Shown here: positions 45,195 to 51,440 of the stretch, piece by piece
Numbering within the stretch: position 1 is the first letter of the stretch
Layout: every line of letters begins with the position of its first letter
Origin: a virus
Lineage: Duplodnaviria > Caudoviricetes
IMG/VR virus record: IMGVR_UViG_3300033076_000202
Coordinates: 1-51,440 of that record
Strand: one strand, 5' to 3'
Length of the DNA: 51,440 nucleotides
Notes under the pieces: model-generated
The model's input: the letters and a program-made list of their open reading frames with translations, nothing else
Database searches by the model: none
Told to the model about the DNA's origin: nothing
Made by a program: the position numbers and the translations under genes

Positions 45195-46415
45195 TCAGTC
45201 CACATGCACAGTCTTGCCAATGTCGGCAACCACGTTTGTCGTGATGCCCCACAGGGTCGGGCACGACCAGCCTTGACCCCAGCTACTCACATAGCCGTCA
45301 GTCAGGATCACCGCGCACTCGGCCTTGATCTTCTTGTTGTTCATGTAGTCAACGATGCACTGCGGGTCAGTGCCCCCACCGCCTCGTGGCTTGGTTGTGG
45401 ACAACAAGTTGTCCAGTTGGTCCTGCTCATACTTCTCGTGCTGGCACACTCGCGTGCCCCAATACAGCAGGTCGATACCCTCGGGCTTCACGGTGTCACA
45501 AATCTTCTTGAGTTCACTCAGGAAGTGACCGATTTCCTCGGGGCCGATAGAGCCTGACATGTCGATGCCTACAACGATACGTCCGACGGACTCGCCGATC
45601 ATGCTTGGCATGTAAACATCTTCACCGATCCACCTACGGGATGGTCTCCGCCATGTGGCCTCGTCTTTGTCCTGACAGAACGATGTGACGAACTCACGCA
45701 TGGCTTCACGCCAATCCACCTTGGCCTCGGTCAACTCGGCAATCTCACGGGGCACGTTGGCTGACATCTTCCCGGCTAGAATCGCGCCCTGCCGCAACGC
45801 TTGGTCCACGTCACGTGCAAGCTGTTCGCGCTCCTCGTTTGTCATGCCTTCGGCGCTCTCCCAATCATGCTCGCCCATACCATCCCCACCTTGGGGCTGT
45901 CCGTCAACCACGGGCACGTCCTTCCCCTTCTGGTCTCCAGCGGTCTTGATGTTGATCGACTTGTTGTCGTTCGCTTCCTTCTTCATTCGGCGAAATACCT
46001 CACCGGCGTCCAGCCCACGGTACTTGAAGTCCAGCAGCGCCATCTGTGGCAACGCCACATCCGTACCCTGCGGGTCGCTGTCATGGATCAAGATGTTGAT
46101 CACATAGTCGCAAGCCATGTTGGCGATCTGCGGCCAGTCCTTGTATAGATGCTTCCATACAGTTGTGTGCCGGAACGCTTTGTGCAGGTTCTCGTGCAGG
46201 ATCACAGCACGGCGCTCCTTGTCATTCAGCTTGTCCACAAACGCACGGCCATAGTTGGTATCGCGTCCGTTGGTACAGGCTGTCGGTGTCACCTCGTCCA
46301 CCACCGTCTTGCCCAGCATCATGATGCCGGAGTACAGGCAGTACTTGGGGTTCTTCATGAGCCATACGTGATCCTTCTGGATACGTTGCTCAACGCTCAG
46401 TTTGTTGTTGCTCAC
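45195..46415 (-). CDS. HExxH metallopeptidase-like plus vWA domain protein (DUF2201-type)
   Basis: PTACTNG, ILHENLH, NMACDYVIN; MIDAS DMSGS...GGGGTD...LTDG. Confidence 0.82.
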   Translation of the reverse strand: MSNNKLSVEQRIQKDHVWLMKNPKYCLYSGIMMLGKTVVDEVTPTACTNGRDTNYGRAFVDKLNDKERRAVILHENLHKAFRHTTVWKHLYKDWPQIANMACDYVINILIHDSDPQGTDVALPQMALLDFKYRGLDAGEVFRRMKKEANDNKSINIKTAGDQKGKDVPVVDGQPQGGDGMGEHDWESAEGMTNEEREQLARDVDQALRQGAILAGKMSANVPREIAELTEAKVDWREAMREFVTSFCQDKDEATWRRPSRRWIGEDVYMPSMIGESVGRIVVGIDMSGSIGPEEIGHFLSELKKICDTVKPEGIDLLYWGTRVCQHEKYEQDQLDNLLSTTKPRGGGGTDPQCIVDYMNNKKIKAECAVILTDGYVSSWGQGWSCPTLWGITTNVVADIGKTVHVD

Positions 46416-46418
46416 TTG

Positions 46419-46613
46419 TTAACTCCTGTTAATTTTTTCGATGAACTCTCGTCGTGCGGCCTCGGCAATCTCCTTACCCTGCCGCACTTGGTCAAGCATC
46501 GCTTGTGCCGTCTGCTCGACTTGCCATGCGAAGCAGTACTGGCATTTACCGCACCCGCATACCTTGCCAAGCACGATGCGCTCGTCCTCAGTTGGCTTGC
46601 GTTTTCTTGCCAT
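46419..46613 (-). CDS. Small Cys-cluster protein
   Basis: CGCGKCQYC; its last codons are the repeat itself. Confidence 0.45.
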   Translation of the reverse strand: MARKRKPTEDERIVLGKVCGCGKCQYCFAWQVEQTAQAMLDQVRQGKEIAEAARREFIEKINRS

Positions 46614-47076
46614 CTTTCGGCCAGCCCAGCTTGGTCAGGTCAGCCACCACGTTGGCGATAGCTGGCAGGTTCTTGCTCGGTTGCTGCTCCGTTGGAAAGT
46701 ACTTCTTGAACTCAGGCAGTCGGTCATTGAGTTGCTTGAGTGTGGTGCAGGATTCGACCACGCCTTTCAGTCGGCACTCAGTCTCGTGTCGTGCCGTGTC
46801 CTCGTCCACATACGGTTTAATCAGTGCATCCAGCGTCTTGTTGTCCACGTCCCCCACAATCAAGTCAGTCGAGCCGTACCCGGTAGATATGGTGCTCCCA
46901 AAATAGTGTGTGCGCAGTGCCTTGGGGAACTTGTTGTAGACCTTGCGCACCTCGGGGCTCATAGCCTTGACGATGGCTGCTTGCAGGTCAGTGCGGCGCT
47001 TGGCTTTGTCGATGGGCGGTACGTCTGCCATGATGGCGCGGACGATTGCTTGCTTGGTGTACTTGTCGATTTTCAT
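46588..47076 (-). CDS. Nmad5-like protein
   Basis: AIVRAIMAD...SCTTLKQL...LPEF.KY.P...NLPA...LGWP. Confidence 0.6.
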   Translation of the reverse strand: MKIDKYTKQAIVRAIMADVPPIDKAKRRTDLQAAIVKAMSPEVRKVYNKFPKALRTHYFGSTISTGYGSTDLIVGDVDNKTLDALIKPYVDEDTARHETECRLKGVVESCTTLKQLNDRLPEFKKYFPTEQQPSKNLPAIANVVADLTKLGWPKDGKKTQAN

Positions 47077-47101
47077 TTGTTAACTCCTGTTAATACGTTG
47101 C

Positions 47102-48193
47102 TCAGAACAACCACTGGTTAGCCAGTGCCCAGTCCTTGAACTCCTTGTTCATCACACAGAACGACTGCTTCACTGGTGACTTCATCACGCTGGTAGCGAA
47201 CAGTGCTTGCCACTCCTTGTCCATGCGTTGCAGGTACTGCATCCACTTGGCGAGGCTGTCCTTCTCCACACGGCTGATCGCGCTGAACACCAAGATGCAA
47301 CGTGCCACGGCATCGTCGGGCAGCTTGGCTGTTGTCGGGTTTGCCAACAACTGATCCCATGAGGGCAGCTTGTCCACCACGGTGAAGAACGCTTGCATGT
47401 CACGGCTTGCCGACTCACCGATGGTGCCAGTCAACAGGCTGATCGTCAGTGCATCACCCAACTTGTCACGCTGCTTGGCGATGTGCGATGCCTTCTCCAG
47501 TGAACGTGGAGTAACAACTGCACCCATGCCAGCACGTGTGGGGTTGAAGATGTACGGGTTGTCCTTCTGCGATGGGTCGGTGTAGCTTGCCAGTGCATGC
47601 GGGAACTGCTTGACCCAAGCGATAATCTCAGGCGCAATGTCGTTACCGATAGCCCACTCGATCCACTCGTCGTGATCTGGTTTGCGGACAGTCACCAGCG
47701 CCACACGGTTACGTGCATGGGCTTCGAGCATGTCTCCAACGCCGTCTGACAACAAGTTGGTTGTACCGAACACGATGGAGCCTTCAGGCAGGTAGTGATC
47801 ACCGATGCGATGCTCCAGCATGAGGGTCAGCAGCACGTTCTTCACAGCCTTCATGGCCTTGCCAATCTCGTCGAGCATGACAATCACAGGGCGACCCGTG
47901 TGCATCTTGAACCGTGCGTTCGGTGCAAACTTCGTGACCTTGTTAACACCTGTTAACCCATCGCCGACCACCTCGGTGAACGGCAGTGCAAAGTCGCCAA
48001 GGTCAAGCAACGTGCAGTCGATGTACGCAATCTCGTAGTCTGGATACTGCTGGCCCAGAACTTTGAGCATGGATGATTTGCCGATACCGGGCTCACCCTG
48101 ACCAATGATAGTAACGTCCTTACCGACAACGCCGATGCCTTGAGCGAACTCATTGAGGGAAACGGAATGACCAAAGTTGATAACGGATGCCAT
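47102..48193 (-). CDS. AAA+ ATPase (MoxR/dynein-related type)
   Basis: Walker A GEPGIGKS, Walker B VMLDE, sensor TTN, arginine finger NR, TPRS. Confidence 0.85.
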   Translation of the reverse strand: MASVINFGHSVSLNEFAQGIGVVGKDVTIIGQGEPGIGKSSMLKVLGQQYPDYEIAYIDCTLLDLGDFALPFTEVVGDGLTGVNKVTKFAPNARFKMHTGRPVIVMLDEIGKAMKAVKNVLLTLMLEHRIGDHYLPEGSIVFGTTNLLSDGVGDMLEAHARNRVALVTVRKPDHDEWIEWAIGNDIAPEIIAWVKQFPHALASYTDPSQKDNPYIFNPTRAGMGAVVTPRSLEKASHIAKQRDKLGDALTISLLTGTIGESASRDMQAFFTVVDKLPSWDQLLANPTTAKLPDDAVARCILVFSAISRVEKDSLAKWMQYLQRMDKEWQALFATSVMKSPVKQSFCVMNKEFKDWALANQWLF

Positions 48194-48283
48194 GTTGCAC
48201 TCTCTTCTTTCTGCGGGTTAACCGCTGTTAATAAAACTGTACTCACTTCTTTAACAGTAGGTAACTTTACCACTGTTAGAACA

Positions 48284-48312
48284 ATTATAACATAGGGCAT
48301 ACCCTATGTCAA
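48284..48312 (-). promoter_or_regulatory. Perfect-consensus sigma70 promoter with palindromic spacer
   Basis: TTGACA, 17-nt spacer, TATAAT with extended TG; ACATAGGG-N4-CCCTATGT at 48290-48309. Confidence 0.9.
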
Positions 48313-48347
48313 GGATGTTGGCTAATCTTTTAAGTCGTCGCCGACTT

Positions 48348-49265
48348 TCAGACCACGCCACGGATTGAATCGTTGCCGGGCTCGACCTCGATGATCTTGT
48401 GCACGTTCTCGAACTTCTCAACCCATGCGTACACCTTACGCTTGATGGTCTCGTAGTCGATCTGGTAGTCACAGAATGTCTGGTTGTATGTGCGGCTAAT
48501 GCCATCACTCCACTTCTGCTCCCACGTATGCCGATACACCGTCCGCTCGGTCAGGTAGTTGCGCCTTGCCAAGCTACACAACACGCGCAGGTATGTGTGC
48601 TCGGGGTCAATCTCCATCTGCTCGGTCAGTGTCTTGTACATCTGAGGTTCGTCGCGGGTGTCCAGCGGGAAGTGCATCGGCCCCCCGTCCTCGCGTTGTT
48701 CCCAGCCCAGCCCCTCCTTCATGGTCTCGTGCATCACCCAGCCATCGCTCAAGGCAAGGAATGTCTTAGTCCACTTGAGGAACGGCATCAGTGGTTCACG
48801 CGCCTCTTTTGCTAACACCCTGTTAATAACTTTCTTCTTGATCACAACCTTCTCGGACGGCTCGTACAGATGCCCACCCTTGTGGTTGAACCGCATCGGC
48901 GCATCACTCAGCGGATAGGCTTTCACCGACTCACGTGGGTGCTCCATGCTTGCACGTGCGTGTACCCACAACTTGTTGTGTCTCTTGACGCAGGCGAACG
49001 GACTGTGCATGTGGATGAACTCAGCCGTGCTCGGTGTGTGCCAGCCGTTGGTGTTGATGATGATGTCCCCGTTAGGCAGGTACGTCACCACGTCCGTGTT
49101 GTAGAGCCGTGCGGCGTATGACCACATGCCCTCGTCAATCGGATGGCGTACGACCTGTTCCCAATCGCGGCGGCGCTCACCAATAGGGCGCACGTCAGTG
49201 CTGCGTCCACGGATGGGCTTGGTCTTTGCCCAGCGTTGCTCCATGTCTTTGTATGTCTGTGGCAT
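48348..49265 (-). CDS. Hypothetical early protein
   Basis: 305-aa ORF preceded by a repeat RBS; KPIRGR...RP.G.R and LYNTDVV...GW.T.ST..F. Confidence 0.7.
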   Translation of the reverse strand: MPQTYKDMEQRWAKTKPIRGRSTDVRPIGERRRDWEQVVRHPIDEGMWSYAARLYNTDVVTYLPNGDIIINTNGWHTPSTAEFIHMHSPFACVKRHNKLWVHARASMEHPRESVKAYPLSDAPMRFNHKGGHLYEPSEKVVIKKKVINRVLAKEAREPLMPFLKWTKTFLALSDGWVMHETMKEGLGWEQREDGGPMHFPLDTRDEPQMYKTLTEQMEIDPEHTYLRVLCSLARRNYLTERTVYRHTWEQKWSDGISRTYNQTFCDYQIDYETIKRKVYAWVEKFENVHKIIEVEPGNDSIRGVV

Positions 49266-49294
49266 TTGTTAACTCCTGTTAATAAGTTGGTTGT

Positions 49295-49423
49295 TTATCC
49301 GGGGCGTCCGACCAGCAGGTCATACGCAAGCGCACCGATCAGGGCCAGCAGGAACGCTACCCTCCATGCACGGTCACGCCACGTCATACCCACGGCGTTA
49401 AATTCAAAAATGTCGTGTTTCAT
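49295..49423 (-). CDS. 42-aa single-TM peptide (below the ORF-track cutoff)
   Basis: MKHDIFEFNAVGMTWRDRAWRVAFLLALIGALAYDLLVGRPG; GGAG RBS and ATGA overlap. Confidence 0.6.
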   Translation of the reverse strand: MKHDIFEFNAVGMTWRDRAWRVAFLLALIGALAYDLLVGRPG

Positions 49424-49623
49424 TTACTCTCTCCTCTCTTCTTGATGGTGATGTCACCTTCGCTGTCGCGGGTTATCTCCGCTTTGCCGTCAGCCAGATC
49501 ACGCATGAACATGGATGACATGAACGCAAACTCTTCGAGTCGTGCGATCTTGGTCTTGAGTCTCAGCACCCACAGGGCAAGCCCGATGCAGATGCACCCC
49601 AGCAGGGCAATGTCGTCGATCAT
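49420..49623 (-). CDS. Small membrane-anchored protein
   Basis: N-terminal TM segment; AAGGAG RBS. Confidence 0.6.
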   Translation of the reverse strand: MIDDIALLGCICIGLALWVLRLKTKIARLEEFAFMSSMFMRDLADGKAEITRDSEGDITIKKRGESK

Positions 49624-49835
49624 TTCACAATCTCCTTACCGAATAACTCCATGCCCACGTGCCACGGGAACTTGGCACCACGCTCCATGATCAGGCGCAT
49701 GTCGTTGTCCTTGTTCACGCCAGCACCGAGCCCGATGTAGAACACGATGCCGTCATACTCGGTCTCCACCATCACGATGCCGATACACGCACCGCCCATT
49801 GGTGTGAACCACACTGCTTCGATTGGTCTGCTCAT
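49620..49835 (-). CDS. Hypothetical protein
   Basis: WFT.....IGIV...YIG.G.G.....D...I...GAKFP. Confidence 0.6.
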   Translation of the reverse strand: MSRPIEAVWFTPMGGACIGIVMVETEYDGIVFYIGLGAGVNKDNDMRLIMERGAKFPWHVGMELFGKEIVK

Positions 49836-50029
49836 GTCAATCCCCTTTCTGTCATCACTTGTTTGGCTATGTCTGCATACGCACTGCGTCTGGCCAGCCG
49901 CTCCTTTGCGTACACGTTGCGCAGTTGGCTGTCCGTGCACTGCTTCATCAGGTAGTCCCATCTCGTGCGGGGCAACGCCTGCACCATCCCAAAGTGAGAC
50001 TTCTGCTCACCCACGTACCGCACCAGCAC
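49832..50029 (-). CDS. Hypothetical protein (start uncertain)
   Basis: Fills the gap; ATGA coupling at its 3' end. Confidence 0.4.
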   Translation of the reverse strand: MLVRYVGEQKSHFGMVQALPRTRWDYLMKQCTDSQLRNVYAKERLARRSAYADIAKQVMTERGLT

Positions 50030-50039
50030 CCAGTCTGAT

Positions 50040-50312
50040 TCAGTAACCCCAAGTCACTGCTCCCGGTGTTGCCAGCAGGATCATCAGGATGGCCTTGGCC
50101 TCGGTCAGTGTCTTGTGGTTACTGATCACGTGCTCGTCGTCAAAGTATCCAGAGTCATCGGCAAAATGGATCACGTTGTACCCCGGCACGAACGGATACT
50201 GTGTGATGGCGTACCGCCACCCCTCAACGCGATGATCATTCCGCACATCCTTTGGTATCCAGTAGATGCCATCGCTGTGATAACTCGGCTCTAGTCCTTT
50301 GTAGGGTCTCAT
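50040..50312 (-). CDS. Small protein with divergent C-terminal motif
   Basis: KTLTEAKAILMIL; ATGA overlap. Confidence 0.55.
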   Translation of the reverse strand: MRPYKGLEPSYHSDGIYWIPKDVRNDHRVEGWRYAITQYPFVPGYNVIHFADDSGYFDDEHVISNHKTLTEAKAILMILLATPGAVTWGY

Positions 50313-50509
50313 ATCATCACCTTCCCTTCCGGCATGAGTGCAATCAGCGCCTCGGCCTCCTGCACAGTGTTGGTCTCGAACAGCTTCTCGTATGCGTCTC
50401 GCACTGCGGGGCCAGCTAACCTCTCCACCACGCTCCACTCGTCCGGGGCCATCACTGTGTACATCAACTCCCCGTCGAGGAATCTGTACCTTGCTACAAC
50501 ATAGGTCAT
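50309..50509 (-). CDS. Small protein with C-terminal motif
   Basis: NTVQEAEALIALMP. Confidence 0.6.
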   Translation of the reverse strand: MTYVVARYRFLDGELMYTVMAPDEWSVVERLAGPAVRDAYEKLFETNTVQEAEALIALMPEGKVMI

Positions 50510-50512
50510 GTC

Positions 50513-50767
50513 TCATGCCCCTCTCGTAAACTCGTTCCCCTCGCTACGCTCAGGGGTTAACAAATGGTCAGGTACCCACACAGGCATCAGCTTGAGCATT
50601 GCTTCGGCTTCTTCCTTTGTGTCGAACGTAGCGATTTCTCGCCATGCGTCAGCACCTACCCATGTAGGTGCCTTTTCTGCAATCATGTACGGGAACGGTG
50701 GTTCTGGGTCCCTTACGCCGTAGGAAACCCCTCGCCATTTGAGCAGGGTGTGTTTGAGTTCGGTCAT
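50513..50767 (-). CDS. Small protein with TxEEAxAMxKL motif
   Basis: FDTKEEAEAMLKLMP; preceded by a repeat copy. Confidence 0.6.
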   Translation of the reverse strand: MTELKHTLLKWRGVSYGVRDPEPPFPYMIAEKAPTWVGADAWREIATFDTKEEAEAMLKLMPVWVPDHLLTPERSEGNEFTRGA

Positions 50768-50788
50768 GTATTAACTCCTGTTAACAAG

Positions 50789-51001
50789 TTAACCTTCGGC
50801 CAGCTTACGCATGGCCACGGCTTCTTCTCTGGTGTCGAACGCGCCGACCAGCAGGAACCCTGTGTACGGCTCTGCTGTCCCGGTTGTCTTCACGATTCGG
50901 TACTGAGGTCTGACGTTCCCAAAGTCAGGCACACGTGGGTCACGTGTCTCCTTGCGTACCAACAGCAGCCACTTGGCCCTGCCTTTGTTCTTCTTCCTCA
51001 C
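50789..51001 (-). CDS. Small protein with C-terminal TxEEAxAMxKL motif
   Basis: GTG start with a GAGGT RBS; ends FDTREEAVAMRKLAEG. Confidence 0.6.
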   Translation of the reverse strand: MRKKNKGRAKWLLLVRKETRDPRVPDFGNVRPQYRIVKTTGTAEPYTGFLLVGAFDTREEAVAMRKLAEG

Positions 51002-51207
51002 ATCATCACCTCGTCCAGTTGCAGGGATGCCAGCGGCATGCACAGATATACCCACCTGTCGCCCTGTGCCAGCTTGCGTACGCGCACACTGTGCGGCGGG
51101 ATGAACTCGATCACCTCGTACCTGTGCCTGAACCCTTTGTAGTCCTTGCGCAGCAGCGTGTCACCGGGCTCGACAGGCTTGCCTGTTTTCTTGTCGATGA
51201 TGGTCAT
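50998..51207 (-). CDS. Small beta-barrel-like hypothetical protein
   Basis: AAGGAG RBS; TGKPVEPGD. Confidence 0.6.
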   Translation of the reverse strand: MTIIDKKTGKPVEPGDTLLRKDYKGFRHRYEVIEFIPPHSVRVRKLAQGDRWVYLCMPLASLQLDEVMM

Positions 51208-51440
51208 GTGTTGCGCTCCTTGAGCTTGGCTTCGGTTGCAAAGACTGCTTCACGCGCCGACATTGCCATAAGTTCCTTTTGTTCAAACCCCGTCAGCCCC
51301 ACCCACGGCTTGCTTTGTGGGGATGTGTTGGCAAGCGCATCACGCAATGCAGCAAGGTGGCGAGACTTCACTTGAGACACGGCCCTGCTTGGGATGTCTT
51401 TGGCTTTGCTATCCGCGCTCAGAACACCTCCGAGTTGGAA
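51204..51440 (-). CDS. Partial hypothetical protein (5' end outside the window)
   Basis: Ends PWVGLT...EAKLKERNT, a common phage C-terminal module. Confidence 0.6.
   Translation of the reverse strand, partial: FQLGGVLSADSKAKDIPSRAVSQVKSRHLAALRDALANTSPQSKPWVGLTGFEQKELMAMSAREAVFATEAKLKERNT

Larger units (their letters stand above)
43142..50784 (-). repeat. Dispersed 14-bp quasi-palindrome TTAACAGGAGTTAA (7 exact copies)
   Basis: TTAACTCCTGTTAA on the + strand at 43142, 44246, 44963, 46419, 47080, 49269 and 50771; each lies 3-4 nt upstream of a - strand start codon. Confidence 0.95.

Noticed and set aside
43142-50784. Repeats as a CRISPR array or integron attC sites
   Set aside because: Only 14 bp long with irregular gene-sized spacing (0.66-2.2 kb); no cas operon or integron integrase; no attC-length hairpins.
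1-51440. Stop-codon reassignment or tRNA genes
   Set aside because: Genes tile densely in the standard code, and no cloverleaf with a T-loop GTTCGA context was recognised.

Overview
The window is a large part of a tailed dsDNA bacteriophage genome (Caudoviricetes, probably short-tailed because it has ejection/internal proteins and no tape measure), read in the standard genetic code. It has two convergent arms. The + strand (1-26452) is the virion module: the C-terminal part of a gpT-like major capsid protein, small Lys-rich proteins, adaptor/tail proteins, tail fibres with an inserted GIY-YIG/NUMOD3 endonuclease, a GH108 lysis cassette, a nozzle-like protein, three ejection-type proteins and a 1924-aa polyvalent protein. 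The - strand (26498-51440) carries replication genes (DUF927 primase-helicase, SSB-like protein, SNF2 helicase, PD-(D/E)XK nuclease, family A polymerase, VRR-NUC) and an early/accessory region with an AAA+ ATPase / HExxH-vWA / DUF3150-like module. The most striking unexplained structure is in the early region. First, a 14-bp quasi-palindrome (TTAACAGGAGTTAA on the coding strand) occurs in 7 exact copies plus several variants; it acts as Shine-Dalgarno and often as stop codon, clusters behind a perfect sigma70 promoter, and is also embedded in coding sequence. Second, 8 otherwise dissimilar small proteins share a C-terminal T-x-E-E-A-x-A-M-x-K-L motif. Also notable are two pseudoknotted leader RNAs, an overprinted ORF with a strong RBS in the giant protein, and a recurrent [MFY]xxGG motif in putative internal virion proteins. 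No terminase, portal, integrase, tRNA or CRISPR array was seen. Family names come from motif recognition by eye, not from database searches.
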